DNA from: an uncultured Desulfohalobiaceae bacterium
GTDB lineage: Bacteria; Desulfobacterota; Desulfovibrionia; Desulfovibrionales; Desulfothermaceae
Length of the DNA stretch: 54,466 bases
Assembly: GCA_964621385.1 (NCBI GenBank)
Contig: CAZUMF010000001.1
Span: 1-54,466, forward strand
Direction: 5' to 3'
A program made the position numbers and the translations under genes. Below the pieces are notes generated by a model. The model saw nothing but the letters and a program-made list of their open reading frames with translations, made no database searches and had not been told where the DNA came from. Below are positions 28,052 to 37,187 of this stretch, one piece after another; position 1 is the first letter of the stretch, and each line of letters opens with the position of its first letter.

Positions 28052-28511
28052 ATCCCTCGTATGAAACTTCATGTTAAATGACTCAAACTGGAGTTTCTTT
28101 TTGATCAAACTGGCAGTTGTGGACTTCAACCCAATAGATCAACAGCTTAGCCGTATATGACGATATATATAAACAATTATATGTCAGGCCTGCCAGAGGC
28201 AGGGCTGACACCTGATGCTGACTGCGAGTGTTCTCATGTTCAGTGTCCGCCGCCGGATTCTTCGCTCGAAGGTTGATACCGAACGTAAGATCCCTTCGTG
28301 ACTGCATCTGAAATCCCCAGTCATATTTCAACTCACGATGCTTTCGTCGTCTGAAATACGATTTTACGAGTGTAAGGGGACTATTTTTTTTTTCTCCCTT
28401 GACTCCATTGATATTTTTTGAGAATACTCAAGTAAGAGTACAATGATCAAAAGCTGTCCCTTTATGGATACATTCTCAAAAAAATGAATACCTTATCAAG
28501 GAGGTGAAACA

Positions 28512-29156
28512 ATGGACAAGAACGAGTATTTGGAGAAGGCCTCAAAAGCGATTCTAGAAGCTGATGAGGAAGAGGCCGTGAAATTAGCAGAAGCGTATTT
28601 GGAGGAGGGACTTGATCCAACGGAAATGATCGAGAACGGTCTTTCCGCCGGGATCATGAAGCTGGGAGATCTCTTTGACCGGGGAGAAGTCGTGCTTCCT
28701 CATGTCATTATTGCCTCCGAGGCTATGACAGCTGCGGTAAAAATTCTTGAAAAGGGTATGCCTGCTGAAGAAAAAGGGAAAAAAAAGGCAAAGGTCGTTT
28801 TGGGCACTGTGGAAGGGGACGTGCACGATATCGGCAAAGGCATTGTATCAACCATGTTAAAAGTCTATGGGTATGAGATTTTTGATCTGGGACGGGACGT
28901 CCCCATCGAGGAGTTTGTGGAAAAAGCCAAAGAAGTCAAGGCCGATGTGGTTGGTTCCTCGGCCTTGATGACGACCACTCAGGCCGGACAAAAAATCCTG
29001 GAAAAATCATTGAAGGAGGCTGGGATTCGAGAAAACATCAAAACCATGGTCGGTGGAGCGGCCACCACGGATCACTGGGCCGAAAAGATCGGAGCTGATT
29101 TTTGGGCTGAGAACGCAAGTGATACAGTGATGAAGCTGAATGAAATTTTTGACTAA
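28512..29156 (+). CDS. mtbC: corrinoid protein (MtbC-like by position)
   Basis: 214-aa ORF with a cap domain and a B12-binding domain carrying [10 protein letters not shown]. It lies 14 nt upstream of mtbB copy 2. The symbol is assigned from adjacency only. Confidence 0.85.
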   Translation: MDKNEYLEKASKAILEADEEEAVKLAEAYLEEGLDPTEMIENGLSAGIMKLGDLFDRGEVVLPHVIIASEAMTAAVKILEKGMPAEEKGKKKAKVVLGTVEGDVHDIGKGIVSTMLKVYGYEIFDLGRDVPIEEFVEKAKEVKADVVGSSALMTTTQAGQKILEKSLKEAGIRENIKTMVGGAATTDHWAEKIGADFWAENASDTVMKLNEIFD

Positions 29157-29170
29157 CAGGAGGTGAAACT

Positions 29171-30571
29171 ATGGCCAAACACCTGACCAGACGGGGTGAC
29201 GGGGCATTCATTGAGATGAGCGCCGGCGAAATCATGAGAGACTTGGAGGAAGGGACTGCAGACGCTGCAGACAGGGGGAAAATCCCCCCTCTTTCTAAAG
29301 AAGAACTGGAAAAACTTCGAGATATCTTTTGCGATCCGGCCAAGTTTGTCAGCGTGGAACCGGGCAAAGAAGTGCCGCTGACTCATGATATCGGCACCTT
29401 GCGAGTGATGGGCGACCAGGGAAACAGTGGCGTTGGAATCCCCTTGAGCCGTGTTCAAGGCATCCAGGTGCACGAAAGGGCACTGTGCGCCGATACCATG
29501 GAGTTGGGGCATATCGACTACAGCTTCAAGCCTGTCAAACCGGTCATTGCCATGGAACAACAGGAGTTGGAAAACGCTTTGTTGTCTACGGTTCTGCCGC
29601 TCTTTTACGGAGCCATGCCCAATCTCGGGACGTACTATGAGCCCGACGGACCTTTCGGAAATCCTTCGGATTTGCTGCCAGCAGGCAAAATCAAGGAGGC
29701 TTACGCAGCTCAAGAAGGAGCAGTGGAACACGCAACACGAGACATGATCTTTGTCAGCGAAAAACTTGCAGAAGTCGGTTGCGATGGGATCAACATCGAC
29801 ACGACAGGGGCTGCCGGCGACACAGACTTTAAAGCCACCCTGCACGCTGTTGAACATCTCAAAAAGCATACGAAAATGTGCATTGAGGTTGGTATGGCGG
29901 GCGAATTTGTCCTGGGGATGCATGGAGGCCTCGAATATGACGGGAAAAAGCTCCATGGACTGTATTGCCATCAACAGGTAGAATTGGTTGAGAAATCAGG
30001 TGCGGATATTTTTGGGCCAGTGGTGAATACGAAACCGAGCAGATCCATGCCTTGGAATCTGGCCAGGGCGGTCACATTCATCAAAAAAACTGTGGAAACA
30101 TCCAATATCCCCATCCATGTGAATATGGGTATGGGGGTCGGCGGTTCACCTGTATTTGAGACCCCTCCCATTGACTCTGTGAGCAGGGCCTCCAAGGCGA
30201 TGGTGGAAATAGCCGGCGTAGACGGGTTGTAGGTAGGTGTGGGAGACCCCATGGGGATGTCTATAGCTCATGCAGTGGCAGCGGGAATGGGTGGAATCAG
30301 GACCGCCGGAGACCTGGTGGCCCGCATGCAGATGACCCGCAAGATGCGGATCAATGATGCAAAAGCCTACGTTGCCGAAAAGCTTCAGTTGTCCCCATTT
30401 GACCTGTCAGACGTCCACGTAATGAGAGAGGTCCGCGAGGAGCGAGACATCGGAATCATTACTTCAGTCCCAGGTTGTGCCAAGGGAATCGAGGCCAAGG
30501 CTCGCATCGCCGAGTTGCTCGATATCGAGATTGCAGGGGTAACGCGTCTCAAGGAAAAAATGAAACTGTAA
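29171..30571 (+). CDS. mtbB: dimethylamine:corrinoid methyltransferase MtbB (copy 2) with an in-frame UAG (pyrrolysine) at 30230..30232
   Basis: Track ORFs 29171..30232 and 30239..30571 share a frame and are separated only by TAG. The joined product is 466 aa. [45 protein letters not shown] matches my recollection of Methanosarcina MtbB. Terminates in TAA. Confidence 0.9.
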
Positions 30572-30595
30572 ACAAAACAAGACAACCCAAGTGAC

Positions 30596-30692
30596 ATACC
30601 AGCAGTTGGCACCGACAGCGCTTTTGCATGAGTCTTCACCGCAGGCTTCAACGGAGATGTATGACCTGTTGGTTTGGGCCAACTGCTGGTAT
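30596..30692. repeat. 15-bp perfect inverted repeat with a 67-nt spacer
   Basis: ATACCAGCAGTTGGC (30596..30610) and GCCAACTGCTGGTAT (30678..30692), in the noncoding gap after mtbB copy 2. Confidence 0.6.
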
Positions 30693-30893
30693 TGAATAAA
30701 ACGCCTGGGAGCGAGAGCACATTCTTCTACCTCGGTTTCTCTGAGCCTTTGTGCAGGCTCATCTTAAGCAAATCTTTCAGAAAAAATAGAGAGCGAGCCG
30801 TTGACACATTGCATCACTCCCTGAACGGACAAGATCTACTCCTTGAACTTATAAAGAGGCGCAACCACACTTCATGACGATGAACCCTACCCT

Positions 30894-31454
30894 ATGAGAA
30901 ACGATAGCTCCGAAAAAGAATTGACACACGCTCTCAAAGAGATGGCCAGCAAACACAATGTAAAGCTTTTTTCCTATGATGTGCAGCAAATAAAGCCTTC
31001 TGAGAGTATCCGGCTCAAATGTCAAGTGCCGCTTTGCGAGTACTACGGGGTCTGCAAAGTCTGTCCTCCACATATCCCGAGTGTGGAAGAATTCAGAAAA
31101 ATACTGAAAGATTACACGCAATGTTTTCTGGTTGTCTTTCAGGAAGATATAGATAATATTGCCCTCTACCGCCACGACTACCGGGCAGAATTGAAACTGG
31201 CAGAAGCAGTGTCTGAGTTGGAGAATACTGCCTTTGTGCACGGAGAATACATGGCCTTGGGTTTGACAGTTGGCGGCTGCAAATTATGCAGCGATTGCAC
31301 CGCTGCCGGTGAACCGTGCCGGCATCCTTTCAAGGCCCGTCCCAGCCCAGAAGGATTTGGCATTGACATTACCAGGATGGCACGGGAAGTTGGCGTGCCT
31401 GTGGAATGGCCCCCTCGGAAAACGGTCAATTTCATAGGTCTTGTTCTCATATGA
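30894..31454 (+). CDS. DUF2284-like Cys-rich metal-binding protein (copy 2)
   Basis: 186-aa ORF with CQVPLCEYYGVCKVCPP and CKLCSDCTAAGEPC motifs. Paralogous to 966..1592. Confidence 0.6.
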   Translation: MRNDSSEKELTHALKEMASKHNVKLFSYDVQQIKPSESIRLKCQVPLCEYYGVCKVCPPHIPSVEEFRKILKDYTQCFLVVFQEDIDNIALYRHDYRAELKLAEAVSELENTAFVHGEYMALGLTVGGCKLCSDCTAAGEPCRHPFKARPSPEGFGIDITRMAREVGVPVEWPPRKTVNFIGLVLI

Positions 31455-31584
31455 TCAATCTCTCAGATCATTTACCCCACAACTGATATCAGCAATTCAC
31501 TCAGATATGATCCCTGTTTATTGTTTCAGCAGAACCTTATCATCTCCCCTCTGAAGTGGGAAGTTCCTGAAAGGAGACCCATAC

Positions 31585-32568
31585 ATGGCTCGGCATTCAG
31601 CTTTTTCATCAGATATGAACACGATACACAGCAACGTGTCTCAGGAGGTTGTTGGCAGAAAAACTGAAATTCAATTGATACTGACTGCTCTGCACGCTGG
31701 AAAACACATCCTGCTTGAAGGGCCTCCAGGCACATCCAAATCTACTTTACTCCGGGCAATCGCCAAGGAAACAGGCATGCCTTTCTATATCGTAGAGGGG
31801 AATATCGATCTGACACCCGCCAAAGTTGTTGGTCATTTCAACCCATCAGGGGTCTTGAAAGACAGCTACCAAATGGAACACTTTGAACAGGGCCCCCTGA
31901 CCAAAGCCATGCTGGAAGGGGGAATCCTTTACATTGAAGAGTTCAACCGTATGCCGGCTGATGTTTCCAACGTGCTCATTTCACCCATGGAAGAAGGAGA
32001 AATTTCCATCCCCAGATATGGAAGCATCACAGCGGTTCCTTCATTCACCGTTATTGCAGCTCAAAACCCCTATGATGACGTTGGAACCGTCAGGGTCAGC
32101 AAAGCCTTCATGGACCGAGTTTGCTTAATCAAAATGGAATACCAGAACAAGGAGGAGGAACAGGAGATTGTTAAACGCCGAACCGGGGTGCTGCATCCTG
32201 ATATCACTGGTTTGGCCGTTGACATGGTCCGCAGGACAAGAGAGCATTCTGATCTTAAGGTCGGCGCATCAGTTCGGGGAGCCATTGACATGGTTGATCT
32301 CCTGACCGGCCTCCTGCAAATGGACAACCGGATCGAGCACAACCTTCTCCTGGCGGCCCGTATGGCTTTATCCAATAAGATTTGGCTGAGTGAAATGACC
32401 GAAAAAAATACAGACGAGATCGTTGAGGAAATCCTCGAAAGTCTCAAGCTTCAATTTACTGATTTGATCAAAAGCAATGAACCACTTCCCCCTGAATCAC
32501 TCCAAACGGACACCGATGATGACCTCCCTTCTGAAACAGGACAGGCAAAAAAAAAAGCAGCCATGTAG
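31585..32568 (+). CDS. MoxR-like AAA+ ATPase
   Basis: 327-aa ORF with Walker A LLEGPPGTSKST, Walker B-like ILYIEEFNR and MoxR/CbbQ/CobS-like architecture. Ends in TAG immediately after an A10 run. Confidence 0.8.
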   Translation: MARHSAFSSDMNTIHSNVSQEVVGRKTEIQLILTALHAGKHILLEGPPGTSKSTLLRAIAKETGMPFYIVEGNIDLTPAKVVGHFNPSGVLKDSYQMEHFEQGPLTKAMLEGGILYIEEFNRMPADVSNVLISPMEEGEISIPRYGSITAVPSFTVIAAQNPYDDVGTVRVSKAFMDRVCLIKMEYQNKEEEQEIVKRRTGVLHPDITGLAVDMVRRTREHSDLKVGASVRGAIDMVDLLTGLLQMDNRIEHNLLLAARMALSNKIWLSEMTEKNTDEIVEEILESLKLQFTDLIKSNEPLPPESLQTDTDDDLPSETGQAKKKAAM

Positions 32569-32621
32569 GAGAACAATTTCTTGATCCCAAACAGGACACC
32601 CAGTACTCTTACTTCTACCGT

Positions 32622-33425
32622 ATGGCCTCCTACCTGAATGCTCATCCTGAAAAGCTCCCGGATTTTTTTGAGCAGCAAGATGCTCTTGAGATGTTCGCAA
32701 ATGTGTATGGCATGCTGAAACAGAATGTCCGGAATCTTGCTGTCAAACTTGCCAGTCGGCTCATCATCAAAATTGCAAAGCAGATTGCTGATACTGGATA
32801 CCGTTCCGGCAAACTGAAACTGGTCAAGGGTTGTGCAGATGGAGCCGAATTGGAATTGGACAGGAGTCTGGAACGATATACTGAGGAACCGGAAATGGGT
32901 ATTGCTGACTGTTTAATGTCACTTACCAGGTATAAGGAACGTGAAGCTTTTGTCATGATATTTGACCGCAGCTATTCAATGAGAGGTATGAAAATCATCC
33001 TTGCCGCTATTACCGCAGCCTCAATTGCCAGACATTTCAGAAGAAATTATGCGATCCTTGCCTTCAGCAATGATGTCTCCGTTATCAAGGGGATCGATTC
33101 CACAGACGGACCCGAGACCATTCTTGAACGATTGTTTGCCTTGACGCTACAAGGAGATACGGACATTCACCAGGCTCTGGAAAAAGGCCTGGCCCATATC
33201 AGAAAATTTGAACGAAAACGTGGTCTTATCCTCACGGATGGGGCTTGGAACCGAGGAAAGAACCCTCTCTCAGTCGCTGGTCGCTTTGACAAGCTCAGTG
33301 TGATCGGTTTTCCACCGGCCAACATGGATAAAATCAGACCATTAGCCTTGAAAGGTCAGGGTGAACTCTCCTTTGTTGAAGATGAAACCACAATCGGCGG
33401 AGCCATCCTCAAGTCACTAAATTAA
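32622..33425 (+). CDS. von Willebrand factor A (VWA) domain protein, partner of the MoxR ATPase
   Basis: 267-aa ORF with a MIDAS-like DRSYSMRG motif. There is no SD before ATG 32622, and its frame stays open for 29 codons upstream, into the end of the ATPase gene. Confidence 0.7.
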   Translation: MASYLNAHPEKLPDFFEQQDALEMFANVYGMLKQNVRNLAVKLASRLIIKIAKQIADTGYRSGKLKLVKGCADGAELELDRSLERYTEEPEMGIADCLMSLTRYKEREAFVMIFDRSYSMRGMKIILAAITAASIARHFRRNYAILAFSNDVSVIKGIDSTDGPETILERLFALTLQGDTDIHQALEKGLAHIRKFERKRGLILTDGAWNRGKNPLSVAGRFDKLSVIGFPPANMDKIRPLALKGQGELSFVEDETTIGGAILKSLN

Positions 33426-33460
33426 CGTATCACACGATAGTTCGAATCGCAGGGGGAACG

Positions 33461-34555
33461 ATGCACACAACCTCAACATATCTTTCTACCATTCTTGAAA
33501 AGGCAACAAAAGGTTCAAGAATTTCCCGTAAGGAGACGACGTATCTGTTGTCGCTGAGAGACCCCGAAGCCATCCAACGAGTGATATCGACCGCCCGTGA
33601 CGTTTGCCGGCAGAACTTTGGGAACAGTGTTTTTTTATACGGGTTCATCTATTTTTCAACATATTGCCGCAATCAATGTGCTTTTTGCTTTTATCGGCAA
33701 TCCAATACCCGCAGTCCGCGGTATCGGAAAAACCTGGACGAAGTGGTGCGTACAGCCTGTTATCTGGTTGATTCCGGGGTTCATCTGGTTGACCTGACCA
33801 TGGGTGAAGATCCCCTGCTTCATGAATCGGGTTTTCAAAGGCTTCTCCAGATTATAGCCCGGATAAAACAGAAAACAGGCATTCCCATCATGGTTTCCCC
33901 GGGTGTCGTGCCCGACGATCTGTTCAAGGAGTTTACGAAGCTTGAGGTTGACTGGTATGCATTGTATCAGGAGACGCACAACCCGACACTTTTTCAGAAG
34001 CTGCGGATCAATCAGGACTATGAGATCCGGAACAAGAAAAGAATCACAGCTCAGCAGGCCGGCATGCTCGTCGAAGACGGGATACTGATAGGAATCGGGG
34101 AGAGTGTTGCTGATCGAGCAGATTCAATCATGACCATGAAACGCAGCCTTTTGGATCAGGTTCGAGTCATGAGCTTTGTGCCCCAACCTGAAACTCCCTT
34201 GGCCAGAACACATACCTTACCCAGAATCAATGAAATCTTGTGTATAGCCGCGATGCGTCTGGCTATGCCGGATCAACTGATCCCAGCTTCCTTAGATGTA
34301 GACGGATTGGAAGGACTCAAGATGCGCTTGGAAGCAGGAGCGAACGTGGTCACTTCGATCATTCCTCCCAGCAATACGTTAGCCGGTGTCGCCCAAACTT
34401 CTCTGGATGTGGAAGAAGGCCGACGCTCGGTGCGTGAAGTGACGAAAATTCTGTCTCAGATGGATCTGGTCCCTGCCAGCAGAGAGGACTATGAATACTG
34501 GATCAAAGAGAGGAAAAAAACACAGCCCACGTCCTTGGAGGTGATCATGACCTAA
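33461..34555 (+). CDS. pylB: PylB, radical-SAM 3-methylornithine synthase
   Basis: 364-aa ORF. FGNSVFLYGFIYFSTYCRNQCAFCFY, VDLTMGEDP, ALYQETHNPTLFQKLR, VEDGILIGIGES, VRVMSFVPQPETPL and LIPASLDVDGLEGLKMRLEAGANVVTSIIPP track my recollection of Methanosarcina PylB block by block. Confidence 0.85.
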   Translation: MHTTSTYLSTILEKATKGSRISRKETTYLLSLRDPEAIQRVISTARDVCRQNFGNSVFLYGFIYFSTYCRNQCAFCFYRQSNTRSPRYRKNLDEVVRTACYLVDSGVHLVDLTMGEDPLLHESGFQRLLQIIARIKQKTGIPIMVSPGVVPDDLFKEFTKLEVDWYALYQETHNPTLFQKLRINQDYEIRNKKRITAQQAGMLVEDGILIGIGESVADRADSIMTMKRSLLDQVRVMSFVPQPETPLARTHTLPRINEILCIAAMRLAMPDQLIPASLDVDGLEGLKMRLEAGANVVTSIIPPSNTLAGVAQTSLDVEEGRRSVREVTKILSQMDLVPASREDYEYWIKERKKTQPTSLEVIMT

Positions 34556-34704
34556 AACAGAACATGAGCCATATAGATATAGCAGCCCTGCTTGAGGAAC
34601 CAATGTCAGGACTGGAGGAGGTACCTTCCCGGAACCAGGATCACCCTGCTGAAAAAGAGATCTCCTTGAGGATCTTATCCTCTGCATAGGCGAAATTAAT
34701 GACT

Positions 34705-35760
34705 TCAAGCCGAACGGCTTCTTTCATGATCGTATTCTCGAACCGCCTCGACCATGGCTCGAATGTTGACCGTGGGAGTCTCCGGTGGAACACCGCAGCT
34801 TGGCTCGATGAAATCAGCGCCATCTTCGATCGATTTTTTAACTTCTGCCTTGACTTCTTCCAGAGATCCCGAGACGAGTGTTCTTTTGGAACTGATGGTT
34901 CCCAATATTTTGACATCACCGACGATGGGCTTTATCCTGCGGATATTGACCGATTCGTCAACGCTGATGGCATCATAGCCGCAACTTACTAAAAACGGAA
35001 CCATCGACTCAACTTTTCCCCCGATATACAACATGCGCAGACCACCAAGGCTCTCTGATATTGTTATAAGAGCCGGTTTTATAATCTCATTCAAAGATTC
35101 TTTCGTTGTCAACACAGGTGTTAAGGCACCATCAGCGACCGTCACGATGTCTGAGCCGCTTCTATATTGCGCTTTTGCGAATTGAATGATAATAGAAGTT
35201 GCAAAGTCGATGAGTTTCTTGAAGGCTGCGGGATCCTTCAAGGTCATCATGGACAGGGACTCAAGACCGATCAATTCGCCAGCCAGGGTGAAAGGCCCGA
35301 CGACGTGGCTCGAAATTGGCAGATAGTCACCCACCTCATCTCTCGCCCTTCTAATCGCTTCGAGTACAACAGGAACACGGCCCATCTTCAAAAAGCCTTC
35401 CGGTTCTTTCATTTCCCCTGGGTCTTTATAAGGATGCTCGATGACTACCGGATAGAAATGCATCTTTTCCTGATAATGGACAGGGCATCCCAGGGCCTCG
35501 GCCTCGATCACGTTGTCAAAGGGAATCTTGACGTTCTCAATCCCTCCGATTTCGTAGGCCGCGATGGCTAGCTTGGCCATCTGCCGAGTATCCCTGAGAG
35601 CATCCGGCCAGGTTAACCCTGTCTCACGCTGCATCTCGACATTCACAGCCCCGCAGCAGCCAGTCAGGGAGGTAACCGGGGGAGTCTTTCTCTGTTTTCC
35701 CAACAACGCTTGAAAAACTCTCTGTTTTGGGCTCAATTCCATAATCTGTTCCGGGTGCAT
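34705..35760 (-). CDS. URO-D family methyltransferase, MtaA/MtbA-like (MT2-type), copy 3
   Basis: 351-aa ORF that is URO-D/MtbA-like (IPFDNVIEAEALGC, MLYIGGK). Confidence 0.8.
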   Translation of the reverse strand: MHPEQIMELSPKQRVFQALLGKQRKTPPVTSLTGCCGAVNVEMQRETGLTWPDALRDTRQMAKLAIAAYEIGGIENVKIPFDNVIEAEALGCPVHYQEKMHFYPVVIEHPYKDPGEMKEPEGFLKMGRVPVVLEAIRRARDEVGDYLPISSHVVGPFTLAGELIGLESLSMMTLKDPAAFKKLIDFATSIIIQFAKAQYRSGSDIVTVADGALTPVLTTKESLNEIIKPALITISESLGGLRMLYIGGKVESMVPFLVSCGYDAISVDESVNIRRIKPIVGDVKILGTISSKRTLVSGSLEEVKAEVKKSIEDGADFIEPSCGVPPETPTVNIRAMVEAVREYDHERSRSA

Positions 35761-36034
35761 CTAAACATTATACTGCCCGACTGGATCTATCGCGTCTCTC
35801 TGTTTGCCAGGGTCGAGACAAGTCATCATGTCCTCAGGGTGGACATCACTCCCGTTATGGCCTTCGGATCCATTCTGAAAACAAGAGCCCAGACAAGCAC
35901 AAGAATACCACAATGATCTTCTGATGCAGGAGGAGCGCCTCAGGTATTTCCGGAATCATGCGGCGTTATGCCTCCAGTGGGAATAAAACAACAAAGTCAA
36001 ACTTCTCTGATCCTACGAACCGGACATGAAAACG

Positions 36035-36769
36035 TTAGATTGGGGAATGCCCATTTCCATTCTTCTTGGCAATCACCAGGGTCCAATAGTCCGGAGGCAT
36101 CATCTCCAGATCACGAACATTGGTGATAATTTGCTCCTTGTCTCGACCGCACCTGGATATGGCCATGCTGTATTCCAAAAATCCGGTTTCCTCCATGGCA
36201 TCATTGATATCTTTGGTGTTCCGATAGGCTTTGAACAACACCACATTCTCGACACACTGCGAAATATTTCGCAATCTCTCTCCACCAAGAGCCCCGGAGG
36301 TGATGACGAGGGACTCCTCGTCCTCAACCAGAACCGTATTCAAACGTGCCGCCACCGCCTGTGGAGTACAAATTCCCGGAATGGTTCTGATCCTGGCTAA
36401 TGGATCCAAGTCCTGCAACTGCTTCAATATATACCCATAGGTAGAATACGTCATTGGGTCCCCTAAGGTCAAGAAGGCGACATCCAGGCCTTGGTCCATT
36501 TCGCGCTTCAAGGCCCTGGCATTTTCCCGCCAGGCTGGGTACGTCACTCGCTTGTCTTTGGTCATGGGAAAATCAAGGAGTCTGACTTCAGTGTCTCCAT
36601 CAATGTATGGTTTGGCAATGGTCACCGCCAGGCTGTGCTGATTTTTACTCGAAGAAGCCGCGAAAATGACGTGAACGATCTCTAACGCCTTGACGGCCTT
36701 CAAGGTGATCAGCTCAGGATCACCCGGCCCCACCCCTATGCCGTAAAGGGTGCCCTTTTTCATGTTCAT
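36035..36769 (-). CDS. cbiL: precorrin-2 / cobalt-factor II C20-methyltransferase
   Basis: Tetrapyrrole methylase signature GTLYGIGVGPGDPELITLKA and FLTLGDPMTYSTY. The start is taken at the MNMKKG ATG after gaggtga. The track ORF extension to 36943 runs into the terminator and riboswitch. Confidence 0.85.
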   Translation of the reverse strand: MNMKKGTLYGIGVGPGDPELITLKAVKALEIVHVIFAASSSKNQHSLAVTIAKPYIDGDTEVRLLDFPMTKDKRVTYPAWRENARALKREMDQGLDVAFLTLGDPMTYSTYGYILKQLQDLDPLARIRTIPGICTPQAVAARLNTVLVEDEESLVITSGALGGERLRNISQCVENVVLFKAYRNTKDINDAMEETGFLEYSMAISRCGRDKEQIITNVRDLEMMPPDYWTLVIAKKNGNGHSPI

Positions 36770-36842
36770 AATCACCTCGTCCTGAATTAAACATTGACCG
36801 CAGTTACGACAATATTTGATCTTCCCTTTTCCTATCACCCCC

Positions 36843-36880
36843 AAAAAAAAACCGGATCGAATAGCGCTTATTCGATCCGG
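36843..36880 (-). terminator. intrinsic terminator (riboswitch expression platform)
   Basis: On the minus strand, CCGGATCGAATA-loop-TATTCGATCCGG (12-bp perfect stem) is followed by T9. It lies between the riboswitch and cbiL. Confidence 0.75.
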
Positions 36881-36944
36881 GGATTTCCCTTTTTTATCCA
36901 CCATGATCAAATGAGTTTCCAACCTCGGGAAACCATCATCCATG

Positions 36945-37140
36945 TTCAGGCAGGTCTTCTGACTTACGGATCGCCCTACTTGCCCGGTTGAAAAGATTCT
37001 TCAGAGAAATATCAACCAGGCTCACCGCCCCTTCCCATCGGATGTTTTCCAACAGTGGTTCTTTGCGGTTTTCGTCACCGATTACAGCCGCGGGCCGGTC
37101 CCTGAGTCGCACAGGGTTCCCTTTTTCGCTCCTATCGAGC
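36945..37140 (-). promoter_or_regulatory. cobalamin (B12) riboswitch
   Basis: The minus strand reads AAAAGGGAACCCTGTGCGACTCAGGGACCGGCCCGCGGCTGTAATCGG ... GAACCACTGTTGG ... GATGGGAAGG ... AGAAGACCTGCC. This parallels the E. coli btuB leader blocks (AGGGAA-UCCAGUGCGAAUCUGGA-GC..CGCAGCGGUAAGG, B12 box CACUG, GGGAAG, GAAGACCUGCC). Confidence 0.8.
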
Positions 37141-37187
37141 ACCTGAACACATCACATATCAATGAATCGCCTTATTCCTCCAAAGAT

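Noticed and set aside
36770-36943. The N-terminal extension of the cbiL ORF (track start 36943).
   Set aside because: The extension runs through the terminator hairpin and T-run and part of the riboswitch. The conserved methylase sequence begins at MNMKKGTLYGIGVGPG, which is preceded by an SD.
36936-37142. A 68-aa minus-strand ORF between the hypothetical gene and cbiL.
   Set aside because: It coincides with the cobalamin riboswitch consensus blocks, and there is no SD or coding signal.
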